In this document: piece by piece, positions 9,037 through 17,879 of the stretch
How positions within the stretch are numbered: the first letter of the stretch is position 1
Layout: the number at the start of each line of letters is the position of its first letter
DNA from: Candidatus Doudnabacteria bacterium
GTDB lineage: Bacteria; Patescibacteriota; Doudnabacteria; UBA920
DNA: 48,936 nt
Direction of reading: 5' to 3'
Assembly: GCA_903908535.1 (NCBI GenBank)
Contig: CAIVSE010000077.1
Span: forward strand, 1-48,936
Notes under the pieces: model-generated
What the model saw: the letters and a program-made list of their open reading frames with translations, nothing else
The model's database searches: none
What the model was told of the DNA's origin: nothing
Made by a program: the position numbers and the translations under genes

Positions 9037-9128
9037 AGTTATTGCGCCAACCTGGTTGGCAGGCCCAAGGCGTCCGGCTCGTGCTTTGACTATAACCCGA
9101 CGATGGGCGGTAGTTAAATTATAATTTT

Positions 9129-9323
9129 ATGGTAAAAAAACTATTGCTAATTATGAAGCCCAGTACAGGGGAAACAGCGGAAGAATTTGCCGCCCGTACT
9201 TGGCAAAACTTGGCAGGCCGAGGTTTAGCAAAAGACGGAAAGCTGGTTTCCCAGGGCGAAATGGGTAAAATTTTAGACAAAGAGCAAACGCTAAAAAATC
9301 AAGACGGCGTTATTCTAGGGTAG
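9129..9323 (+). CDS. Small hypothetical protein
   Basis: 64-aa ORF co-oriented within cargo. Confidence 0.5.
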   Translation: MVKKLLLIMKPSTGETAEEFAARTWQNLAGRGLAKDGKLVSQGEMGKILDKEQTLKNQDGVILG

Positions 9324-9407
9324 GAAGAGGCGGGCTGATTTGTATAATGGCCGAAAAGGGCTATAATATAAGCGGAAATGGATTTTAAAATGGGGGTAAT
9401 TAAATAT

Positions 9408-10412
9408 ATGCCAAAACCAGTAATAATCTTGGGGGCAGGTGCTTCTTATGACTACATTCACAGAGGCGATAGTAACCTTCCGCTTAATCACGAGCCTCCT
9501 TTAGCGAATAACCTTTTTGATAAAAGGTTTGAAGGGATTATTAAGCATTTTCCGCAAGTGATGAACCTTTCAGCCAGCGTGGCCTCGGCTTCACGGCAAG
9601 GAAAAGGATTGGAAGAACTCTTTACAGAGATTCAGGCCAAAAGTTCGCAGAATCCCGAAAGACTGCAACAGCTCATAGCCTGCCAGTTCTATCTGCAAAA
9701 ACTTTTTAGAGATATTACCAGCAATTATGGGAGCCAATCCCAAAATAATTACAGCGAGCTTATTAACCAGATTAGGGACAATGGCGGCCAAGCGTGTGTG
9801 GTAAATTTTAACTATGACTTGCTGTTTGAGCAGGCTACTGGGTACAAATTAGAAAATGTTGGCGATTTTGTCGCCCACCCTATCAAAATAATTAAGGTTC
9901 ACGGGGCCTATAACTGGACTAAAGTTTTGCGGAACGCTTTTCGCATCCCAAGCGACGGTGACACTTACGGCTTTTTGATGAACAACCCAGAACATCTACT
10001 AAAAAATCCATCAGAAGATACAGACCCAATTTATATTCAGGACGGCTACGGTATGACGGATGGCAGTGGAGATAAATACTTCTTTTATCCCTGGATTGCA
10101 ATTCCCATTGCAGATAAAAATACCTTCGTTTGCCCGCCCGACCATCTGGTCGTATTAAAGGAAGCGTTGCGGCAAACCGATAGAATTTTAATTGTGGGAT
10201 GGAAGGCGGCAGACCAACACTTAGTTAAGCTAATGGGAGATGTTGTTCAGCAGGCTGTAAAAATAATTATTGTTAGCGGTTCAGGTAAAACCGCAAGGGA
10301 AATCCAAGCTAAATTATCGGGAGTAATAAACGCCACTTTTCCAAACTCGGTAGCTACGTTCAGCGATTTCGTGGGTAGTCAAATTTGCCAAGAATTTTTT
10401 CAAACCGAATAA
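9408..10412 (+). CDS. SIR2-like (SIR2_2) protein, putative NADase/defence effector
   Basis: IILGAGAS, VNFNYDLLFE, IKVHG motifs; start refined from ORF 9378. Confidence 0.8.
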   Translation: MPKPVIILGAGASYDYIHRGDSNLPLNHEPPLANNLFDKRFEGIIKHFPQVMNLSASVASASRQGKGLEELFTEIQAKSSQNPERLQQLIACQFYLQKLFRDITSNYGSQSQNNYSELINQIRDNGGQACVVNFNYDLLFEQATGYKLENVGDFVAHPIKIIKVHGAYNWTKVLRNAFRIPSDGDTYGFLMNNPEHLLKNPSEDTDPIYIQDGYGMTDGSGDKYFFYPWIAIPIADKNTFVCPPDHLVVLKEALRQTDRILIVGWKAADQHLVKLMGDVVQQAVKIIIVSGSGKTAREIQAKLSGVINATFPNSVATFSDFVGSQICQEFFQTE

Positions 10413-10413
10413 T

Positions 10414-11226
10414 ATGCCCTACCTAAGTTTGCCCTTTGCCAGAAAGACTTGGATTGTAAACGCTACAAAGTTTTGGACCACGCTGGCCTTAATCTTCGCC
10501 CTGCTTGCTCTTGATGTAGTTTGGTTAGTTGTCAGGGCAAAGACTTTAAATTTTCGTATCTTTGTAGTCACCCCTCCCCTGAAAGCCGTAATATCTTTGC
10601 TAATAATTTTGGCCATAGTTGTTCTGTTCATTTGGTTTATGGTTAAAGTGGATGAGCGACTGGACGCCAGGATGGAAAAGTGCTTGGCCAATTATGAACA
10701 CGCCCGCAAAGGTGATGACGGGGAAATCCTGGTACGTAAATATTTAAACCAATATTTGGACGAGAAACAGTACAAAATCTATCCTAATTACAAGATTCCC
10801 GCAGTAAAGGCGGATTATGACTTCGTAGTTGTCGGCCCCAAGGGCGTAATTTTAATAGAAGTTAAAACTTATGACGTCCATACAGTCTTTACCTACGATA
10901 AAGCATATGGCCAATCAGCGGATGGCAAATTATTTTCACTCTGGGATATTCGGGAAAAAGTTAAATGGCGGGCTGGGCAGTTAGAGAGGTATTTGGCCGA
11001 ACACGGCTTGGATAATATCAACGTACGCAAGGTGGTCCTGTTTGTGAATCTCAAATCGGTGGAAATCCAGGGCGGCTGGAAGAATAAATATAAGGTCTAT
11101 GTGGCCCAGGGTATTCCCGCATTTGCTGATTACCTTTTTCGCCAACAGCCAAGCCCCCAGTTTACGCCCGAATATGTTAAACGAGTTTGCGATGCCTTTA
11201 ATATTCAAACTACACCAGCTGTATGA
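10414..11226 (+). CDS. Membrane-anchored NERD nuclease-domain protein
   Basis: Two N-terminal TM helices; GDDGE, DYDFVVVGPKGVILIEVK. Confidence 0.85.
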   Translation: MPYLSLPFARKTWIVNATKFWTTLALIFALLALDVVWLVVRAKTLNFRIFVVTPPLKAVISLLIILAIVVLFIWFMVKVDERLDARMEKCLANYEHARKGDDGEILVRKYLNQYLDEKQYKIYPNYKIPAVKADYDFVVVGPKGVILIEVKTYDVHTVFTYDKAYGQSADGKLFSLWDIREKVKWRAGQLERYLAEHGLDNINVRKVVLFVNLKSVEIQGGWKNKYKVYVAQGIPAFADYLFRQQPSPQFTPEYVKRVCDAFNIQTTPAV

Positions 11227-11807
11227 TTAACGACATCTTGGAACAAACCGCAGAGGACTATTTTCGGCATTTGGGATATTTCACCCAGCACAACGTTAAG
11301 TATAAGCCGAACAAGAAGGGGCCTGCTTACGCCGTCCATTCCGACATAGATATAATCGGCATTAACCCCACTAAACGTGGTATAGAGCGGGTTGTGGTGG
11401 TAAGCTGTAAGAGCTGGCACGGCGGCATACGGATAAAAGGTTCCCTAGATGCCATAAAAAGGAGTTTAAGGAGAACAAGGAAGATTTACCGTGAAGTAGC
11501 CCAGCCGTACTGGTCAAAGGCTTTAAAAGATAAAGTCTACGAGCTGACTGACCAAAAAACTTTCGTCTTCTATTTTTGTTGTACCAGGTACGATAAACGG
11601 CATAGGGAACTGTGGGAGGGTGACAAAGAGTTTCGGAAAAATCTGGCTGGCTGTAAGATTAAACTACTGGACTTTGAAGAAATGGCCACGGCCATATGGC
11701 CCGAAATGCACATTATTACACCTTCCAACAGCGAACTCGGCAGGCTGTTCCAGTTCATCCACTTTAGCGGCGGGAAATTACATTATAAGGATTTAATTAA
11801 AAAATAA
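11223..11807 (+). CDS. PD-(D/E)XK restriction-endonuclease-like protein
   Basis: LEQTAEDYFRHLGY...SDIDIIG...VVSCKSW; ATGA overlap with NERD gene. Confidence 0.7.
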   Translation: MINDILEQTAEDYFRHLGYFTQHNVKYKPNKKGPAYAVHSDIDIIGINPTKRGIERVVVVSCKSWHGGIRIKGSLDAIKRSLRRTRKIYREVAQPYWSKALKDKVYELTDQKTFVFYFCCTRYDKRHRELWEGDKEFRKNLAGCKIKLLDFEEMATAIWPEMHIITPSNSELGRLFQFIHFSGGKLHYKDLIKK

Positions 11808-11822
11808 TTAAGCCAAAACTTT

Positions 11823-13205
11823 ATGAAAAAAATTTATGTCAGCCTCTTCGTTCTTGTGCTTTGCTTGGCCTTCTATGCGCCCAATGCTAAAGCAGAAAAT
11901 CAAGCGTTTCAAATAATAACAACATCGCCTTTGCCCAATGCTTCCCTTGCTGATTATTATTCAGCTACCATTAAATATATTTATAGCGGCATTTGTGACC
12001 CTATTGTTACTACTCAAGGACTACCGCCGGGCATCAATTTAGGAAGTGGCTCAGTAAATGCTACTGATTTAGGCTCAACCACTCTAGTGGGTGCTCCAAC
12101 ACAAGAGGGGGTCTATACGGTTAAGTTTTATTTAAGTGATTCTTGCGGTTCCACCTTAGAACAAGATTTTAGCCTAACAGTAGTAAGTTATGTTCAAAAA
12201 GTTACAACTACTCAGGCAGGGGGCGCAACTACTGGTTTTCCTTACAATTCTACAATTAGCTTTGACTGGTTTGGCCCCACTGTCCCCGCAACAATAGTTT
12301 CAGGTTTGCCCCCAGGAATTGCCTCAAGCATTCCAGTTATGACCCCTGTTCAACAGGCTTCGGTTAGTGGCTTTTCGGACGCCATAACTTTGACCGGCAC
12401 GCCAACCCAAGCTGGTGTCTATAATGTTTTGGTTACAGTAACTGACCCTACTGCAAGTACAACTTTAGATTATCCTTTATCCATAGGCGCAAATCCATAT
12501 GCGTCCAATAATCCGCAACCAGCCGCTAGTCCAACATCCGTTCCAACGCCAATAGTTTCGAATCCCGCCATAACTAATCAAACAACCCCCACAACCGTAA
12601 ACCAAACATCAACCAGCGGCACAGACCCCGCCGGCACAAATGTTATCTCTAACGGTATAGTCTATGAAATAACCGCCAGCGGCCAAAAACGGCCATATAC
12701 TTCGGCTGGAGCTTTCTTGTCTTACGGTTTTAACTCCTGGGCCAATGTAGTTACAGCCAGTTCCGCCGATTTAGCTTTGCCCACGGGGAATTTTATCCCG
12801 CCACGTGACGGGAAGATTATTTGCTCCAACAAAGGAAGCGATATGGGAACTTGTTACCTAATTACAGATAGCAAAAAAGCCGCCTTTACCAGTGCGGCCG
12901 TGTTTACAGGTTTAGGATTTAGTTTCTCCAATTCCTTGAGCGGTGATGTTTCCTTTTTACCATCTGCCCCAAATATCAGCTCTGCCAGCCAGTTGCATCC
13001 TGCGGGCATTTTAGTAAATAAGGGCGGCACAATTTACCTCACAGGCGATAATGGACTGCTTGGTGTGCCAGATATGGCCACACTGACCTCTTGGGGTTAT
13101 TCCTTAACCGATTCTGTCCCCGCCAATGCCGCCGATTCAGCTACGGCGCAAAGCGGCGTAATGACAGCTCACACGGCTGGGGCGTTGAACCCATTTGGTA
13201 ATTGA
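11823..13205 (+). CDS. Paralogous Ig-like surface protein
   Basis: Signal peptide, GLPPG / LTGTPT repeats, same C-terminal domain as 6517-7890. Confidence 0.75.
   Translation: MKKIYVSLFVLVLCLAFYAPNAKAENQAFQIITTSPLPNASLADYYSATIKYIYSGICDPIVTTQGLPPGINLGSGSVNATDLGSTTLVGAPTQEGVYTVKFYLSDSCGSTLEQDFSLTVVSYVQKVTTTQAGGATTGFPYNSTISFDWFGPTVPATIVSGLPPGIASSIPVMTPVQQASVSGFSDAITLTGTPTQAGVYNVLVTVTDPTASTTLDYPLSIGANPYASNNPQPAASPTSVPTPIVSNPAITNQTTPTTVNQTSTSGTDPAGTNVISNGIVYEITASGQKRPYTSAGAFLSYGFNSWANVVTASSADLALPTGNFIPPRDGKIICSNKGSDMGTCYLITDSKKAAFTSAAVFTGLGFSFSNSLSGDVSFLPSAPNISSASQLHPAGILVNKGGTIYLTGDNGLLGVPDMATLTSWGYSLTDSVPANAADSATAQSGVMTAHTAGALNPFGN
12624..13205 (+). repeat. ~580-bp direct repeat, copy 2
   Basis: Colinear with 7309-7890. 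Confidence 0.9.
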
Positions 13206-13226
13206 TGGTTATTAAAGTTTTATAGT

Positions 13227-14222
13227 ATGGCCGTCCTGTTTTTCCAAAATAAGTTTCATCCAAAAGTTAAGTATGGCCCGAATTTTGATTTAGAGGCCAG
13301 TTTCCTTTCTGAAAAAGGGGTGGCTTTTGAAGGGGAAGGTGGATTTTTTGCCATCAGTATGAACTTTGGAGGAGACCCTTATTTTGCACCAGTTCCAAAC
13401 CCTCCCGAAATTTCTTTAAAGGATTGGGTTTTAAAAAGTTTTGGGGATGGTAATCCGACAGAGCACGGGACTGTCCCTGGTGTATGTTATAAGCGGATTT
13501 GGAGGCCTGGTATAAATAACTATTATAACCGTGGTTTTGAAAAAACAATTTCGCAGAAGGAACTTACCCAATCATCCGTTTCCTTGCAGATTTTACTGGA
13601 TAAATTAGAGAGTTTGTTTGAATTTTTAGAGCCGAGCGAGCAAAATGAATCCGCATATGGTCATAGAATAAGAGAAATTATTTTGTTAGCTTCTATGGAA
13701 GTTGAATCTGCTTGGTCTGCGGTTCTCAGGGATAATGGTTATACATCGGAGCAGGATTTTAATACCAAGGATTATGTTAAACTTCTAAACCCAATGTTTT
13801 TGGATGGATATAAATTATCTCTCCAGCAATATCCCCAATTTAGCCCTTTTAGTCCTTTTGAAGGCTGGAACCCCGCTGCCCCGACCCATTCTTTAATTTG
13901 GTATGATGCCTACAACAAAATAAAACATGACAGAGAGAAAAACCTGCCTTTGGCTACATTGCAAAATGCTATTACGTCAGTTGGTGCAGCGGCGGTAATG
14001 TACAGAGCGCAATTTGGATTTAATAGACCATTTACTTGGACCCAGCAACCAAAACCGCCTTTTATAGACAGTATATTTTCGCTAGAGACGAGTGACGGAT
14101 TCAAAAAATACGAAAAAGATTTTTATATATCAAAATTAGGCCTTCGCCAGTCTGGTTCCACTATTGAGCTTGACCATGGTCCCGCCCAAAACTGGACAAT
14201 ACTAAATTATAAATTTGATTAA
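13227..14222 (+). CDS. Hypothetical protein with HEPN-like motif
   Basis: LLASMEVES followed by WYDAYNKIKHDRE. Confidence 0.5.
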   Translation: MAVLFFQNKFHPKVKYGPNFDLEASFLSEKGVAFEGEGGFFAISMNFGGDPYFAPVPNPPEISLKDWVLKSFGDGNPTEHGTVPGVCYKRIWRPGINNYYNRGFEKTISQKELTQSSVSLQILLDKLESLFEFLEPSEQNESAYGHRIREIILLASMEVESAWSAVLRDNGYTSEQDFNTKDYVKLLNPMFLDGYKLSLQQYPQFSPFSPFEGWNPAAPTHSLIWYDAYNKIKHDREKNLPLATLQNAITSVGAAAVMYRAQFGFNRPFTWTQQPKPPFIDSIFSLETSDGFKKYEKDFYISKLGLRQSGSTIELDHGPAQNWTILNYKFD

Positions 14223-14339
14223 CGAAAAGCTACTTCCTGTAATTAGACTTATGGGAAGTCGGAGCGTATTTTGTATAAAAAAACCGTAGAACCTTTTAGA
14301 GGAACTACGGTAGGTGTTTGGCTTGATGGTCGGTGATGC

Positions 14340-15158
14340 CTACTTCCCGAACAGCCAGTGAAAGTCCTGTAACGTAGAAGTAATTAGGTCGTAGACGAAC
14401 AACCCAAATATTATCAACATTCCAGCCAGTCGGTACAGAGCCAGCAACAAGCGTGGGGCCTTAATCTTTTCTAATGACGTTTCTATAATACGTCCACCGT
14501 CCAGCGGCAGAAATGGCAGCGTGTTCATCAATCCCAAACAAAGGGACAAAGTGCAAGCCATCATCACCCCTTTGGTAAAGTTCAGGTTGTAATGGTAAAC
14601 ATCGGCAGCAAGTTTTAAGTATCCGCCGTTTGACTTAAATGCTTCGGGGTGAAAAACGGAGGCGTGGGCCATAAGAGCTAATAAGCACAGCCCCAAGAGC
14701 GGAACCCCGTATCGGCAGAATTGTTTCTTTAGCGGCAGTAAAACTAAGGCCATAACTGCACAGGCTCCAGCTATTCGGTAGTCGGCCATTGTCAGTTCGC
14801 AGACAGCCAGAACCACGAGTGGATAAAAGATACTCCCCCAAACACCCGCCCCGTAAATCACGGAGGATTCGCTGTAAGGCAGCCACCGTTGTATTTTCAG
14901 GCTGTCCCTGGTTGAGTTCTTGACGTAAGCCATAAACGGCAGGATGTTGAGGTAAAACGGCGTGTTGGGTAGCAGCCAAGGAATACTAAGCCGCAGCCGA
15001 GGCCAAGATGTGATTGGTACCCCAAAGCCCCATTCTCTGACCCTGAGCCCACGTTTTAACATCTCACGGGCGTGTTCATACTCGTGGAGCAGAACAAAAA
15101 TAACCGTAACCAAAATACACGTCACCAAGCCAAGCATATTTGTCCCCCTTTGACTCAC
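14340..15158 (-). CDS. Site-2 protease family (M50) membrane metallopeptidase
   Basis: HEYEH in a TM helix and NTLPFLPLDGG. Confidence 0.85.
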   Translation of the reverse strand: MSQRGTNMLGLVTCILVTVIFVLLHEYEHAREMLKRGLRVREWGFGVPITSWPRLRLSIPWLLPNTPFYLNILPFMAYVKNSTRDSLKIQRWLPYSESSVIYGAGVWGSIFYPLVVLAVCELTMADYRIAGACAVMALVLLPLKKQFCRYGVPLLGLCLLALMAHASVFHPEAFKSNGGYLKLAADVYHYNLNFTKGVMMACTLSLCLGLMNTLPFLPLDGGRIIETSLEKIKAPRLLLALYRLAGMLIIFGLFVYDLITSTLQDFHWLFGK

Positions 15159-15227
15159 AATTGTACTGCATTTATAGGGGTTCTGTCAAGCGGTTTTAGG
15201 GTGGCTTATATTATTAAAAGGAATTTT

Positions 15228-15614
15228 TTAAACATCCTGGTCCGCACTGTTTTTTGCTGAATAATCTGTAATGTTAATTATGAAGGGTTGACTTTCGGCG
15301 TTACCCAACTCTTGTCGTGGGCTAAACTCTTTCTTTAGTTTGCGTTCCAAATACCATTTCGCTTCGTTTGAGTTGTCCAAACTCTCCACAATTGTTTGAC
15401 GGGCTTTTAAAATTGGCTGTTGCCGCAGTCCGTCAATTTTGTCGGAAAATTCGGGTTTTTCTTTCAAAAAATTATAGAAGGTATCCCTGCTGATTCCCGC
15501 AAAGGAACAGGCTTCTTCGGCCGTTGCGTCAATGGCAAAAGCCGTCTCCAGTTTTCGGACAACGGTTGCCGTCATCACCGATGGCCTGCCAACTTTTTTA
15601 GTTTTAGATTTCAT
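15228..15614 (-). CDS. HTH protein resembling a phage terminase small subunit
   Basis: N-terminal GRPS, HTH EEACSFAGISRDTFYNF, AKWYLERK; directly follows the integrase stop. Confidence 0.55.
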   Translation of the reverse strand: MKSKTKKVGRPSVMTATVVRKLETAFAIDATAEEACSFAGISRDTFYNFLKEKPEFSDKIDGLRQQPILKARQTIVESLDNSNEAKWYLERKLKKEFSPRQELGNAESQPFIINITDYSAKNSADQDV

Positions 15615-16520
15615 TTAAAAGTTCACCCCCTGAAAGGTTGCGTAATAGCGGGGTAAGTCCGCTTTATGCTTTATATTGTCGTTGTATACCTGTAACATCT
15701 CCAGGCTTTTGTGTCTGGTGTATTGGGCAACTTCCAACAAGTCGCCTTTATAAGTTTTAATTAACATGGTAGTAAAGTAGTGCCTGAGGCCGTGGACACA
15801 TTTTGTAATATTGAGTTCGCCAAGCAGGCATTTTACAATTTGTCTTAACGCCCTGGTTGTCAGCCTGTGATTTATGCTGTTGTTGCTCCTGCTGGTGAAC
15901 AGCGGGCCACTGCCAACCTTATTGGCTTTAGCATAAATCTTTAAATTTTTAACCGTTTCGGGATGCAGGTTGATAATTTCCTTGTCATCTCTCCCCTTTC
16001 CCCGCACAAAGGCTACCCCACTTACAAGGTCTAAATCTTTTACGTCCAGCCTAGCAATTTCTATCTGCCGTAATCCTTGCAGGGTTAAAAGGCTAAAAAT
16101 GGCCTTTAGGCGTGAGCTTTCGGGATTTTCGGGTAAAGATTGGAGTTTTTGCGAAACGCTTTGGATTTCGGCTTCTGTAAGGCCGTCTCGTTTATGCTTC
16201 TTGCTTTGGTTAAAACTTTTTACGTTTTGGGTGATGTCTGCGGGTAAAGCCCCTTGTCGGTTAAGCTCCTTTAGGAAGATTTTGGCTGCCGCCAAATATT
16301 TGTTTTTAGTCGCTGTGCTGTAATCGTTACGACCGTCCAAATACCGTTTGAACTTTAAAAAGCTGTTGCGGTCAAAGCCTTCCCTTTGGATGAAGCCCAC
16401 GAACATACCAATGCGGCACTGGTAATCTTTCCGTGTGCCTTCGCTAACATCTAGGTTTTCAAAAATCCTTGCGGCTTGCTGTTCGGGGTTGCTTATGACT
16501 TGTAGAGTTTTAGTGTCCAT
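15615..16520 (-). CDS. Tyrosine recombinase
   Basis: QGLRQIEI, RGKGR, HGLRHYF, TRHKSLEMLQVY. Confidence 0.92.
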   Translation of the reverse strand: MDTKTLQVISNPEQQAARIFENLDVSEGTRKDYQCRIGMFVGFIQREGFDRNSFLKFKRYLDGRNDYSTATKNKYLAAAKIFLKELNRQGALPADITQNVKSFNQSKKHKRDGLTEAEIQSVSQKLQSLPENPESSRLKAIFSLLTLQGLRQIEIARLDVKDLDLVSGVAFVRGKGRDDKEIINLHPETVKNLKIYAKANKVGSGPLFTSRSNNSINHRLTTRALRQIVKCLLGELNITKCVHGLRHYFTTMLIKTYKGDLLEVAQYTRHKSLEMLQVYNDNIKHKADLPRYYATFQGVNF

Positions 16521-16524
16521 ATGA

Positions 16525-17418
16525 TTATAAATTATTTAATGGGTGTTTGGTCATTTGCGAACGTAAATGTTCGGCACTGGCTGACAAATAAATTGTCGTG
16601 GTCTTAATGTCCGAGTGTCCCATCATTCGGGAAAGGCTGTAAATGTCGCATCCGCCTTCCAGCATCAGCGTGGCAAAAGTGTGCCGCAGCTTATGAATGG
16701 TAAACTTAATTTTTGACGCTTTAACCATAGTTAGCAAGAGTCTTTTTAAGCCGCTGTCCGTGAATCCTTTATCGTGGTTCAGGGAGATAAAAAATTCTGG
16801 GCAAGTCCTTTTTAGCCGCTTCCGCTCTTCCAGGTATTTTTGCAGACTTTCCGCCAGCTTATAGCATATCGGCAGGATTCTATCCTTACCGCCTTTCCCC
16901 TGCCGAATAAATATGGATAAATTTTCCAGGTCAACGTCGGTATACTTTAAATTTAGCAGTTCCTTTTTCCTTATGCCCGACAGGATGAAGGTGGAAAATA
17001 TGGCGTGGTTCCTGTAACGCAGGAATTTATAAGAATACGGGAAATTGTACGAGACTTCCAAAATTTTCATCGCTTCCTGCCGAGTCAGTTTTGGCGGCAG
17101 TCTTTTCTCCAGCTTTGGGATTTCTATGTCGTCCGTGGGGTTAAACTGCATATAACCCTCTTTCACGCACCACCTAAAGAATACGGCTAAAGATTTGTGG
17201 TAGCAGATGAACGTGTTGGGCGTCCAACCTTGGGAAGTCCTGCCGTAGTAGAATAATTCCCGTGTATTGTCTTTGGTGACCTGCTCCAATTCCTCTATGC
17301 CCGCAAACCTCGTATAATAATTTATTACCTGTTTGTAGCGTTTTAATGTCGGTTTTGAATAGCCTTTTATGTACTGCGAATAATCGCAAAACTTTTGGGC
17401 TAATGTCGCTATTTGCAT
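16525..17418 (-). CDS. XerC/D-like tyrosine recombinase
   Basis: SGIRKKEL, GKGGKDR, HKLRHTFAT, MMGHSDIKTTTIY. Confidence 0.95.
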   Translation of the reverse strand: MQIATLAQKFCDYSQYIKGYSKPTLKRYKQVINYYTRFAGIEELEQVTKDNTRELFYYGRTSQGWTPNTFICYHKSLAVFFRWCVKEGYMQFNPTDDIEIPKLEKRLPPKLTRQEAMKILEVSYNFPYSYKFLRYRNHAIFSTFILSGIRKKELLNLKYTDVDLENLSIFIRQGKGGKDRILPICYKLAESLQKYLEERKRLKRTCPEFFISLNHDKGFTDSGLKRLLLTMVKASKIKFTIHKLRHTFATLMLEGGCDIYSLSRMMGHSDIKTTTIYLSASAEHLRSQMTKHPLNNL

Positions 17419-17420
17419 AT

Positions 17421-17452
17421 AAAAAACACTCCAACGTTAATTGCAGTGTTTT
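17421..17452 (-). terminator. Terminator-like hairpin between island tRNA and integrase
   Basis: AAACACT...AGTGTTT plus T-run just before the integrase ATG. Confidence 0.55.
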
Positions 17453-17456
17453 CTAC

Positions 17457-17741
17457 TGGAGCCCAAGTGCGGAATTGAACCGCAGACCTTCTCCTTCACT
17501 TTTACCTCAATTTCTAACTGGCTACCTGGCCGCCAGTTGTTATATAAGGGTTAGACTGTATCTTACGCTTACCGTAAAGGTTTAGCGTTCCTTGTCAGTC
17601 GTTCGGGCGATTGCTCGCCACGGTCTTGGCCATTGCGGGCTATTAACCGTAATTCGGATTTCATTAAAATGTTTCCATTTTAACGGGCAAGCCTCTTGTA
17701 AGGCCACCATGGAGATGCTCTACCAACTGAGCTACTTGGGC
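17457..17741 (-). tRNA. Intron-containing tRNA-Thr(GGU): exon1 17741-17706 (nt 1-36), exon2 17496-17457 (nt 37-76)
   Basis: Joined exons give a 76-nt cloverleaf with anticodon stem TCTCC/GGAGA, loop ATGGTAA and encoded CCA. Confidence 0.93.
17497..17705 (-). ncRNA. Group I self-splicing intron, 209 nt, no homing endonuclease
   Basis: 5' splice after U with U.G in P1 (GGU/GCC), GAAA-capped P2, P4 ACGGU/ACCGU, P6, P7 GACUG/CAGUC, S-like AAGAUACAGUCUA, P8, P9, terminal G. Confidence 0.9.
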
Positions 17742-17744
17742 AAA

Positions 17745-17768
17745 CAACGGTATAAATTTTTGTGAACT
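17745..17768 (-). repeat. Right sub-terminal inverted repeat
   Basis: AGTTCACAAA-AATT-TATACCGTTG on minus strand; two identical 10-mers shared with 4360-4381. Confidence 0.85.
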
Positions 17769-17879
17769 TTGACCAGCCCACGACCTGTTTAGGGCGGAAC
17801 AGGGTCATCCTACTCTTCTCTTTTGGCATTTCTGCTTTTGGATTAGAGCAATTCCTTGATAACAAGCAGGGCCTGTTTA

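Noticed and set aside
4254-17496. Conventional reading: intron tRNA is the host gene and 4254-4293 is a normal 3' att duplication
   Set aside because: The left copy continues across the exon junction (intronless ATGGTAA), its C43 matches the G27 stub rather than the T27 gene, and the right inverted repeat lies beyond the intron tRNA. Disfavoured but not formally excluded.
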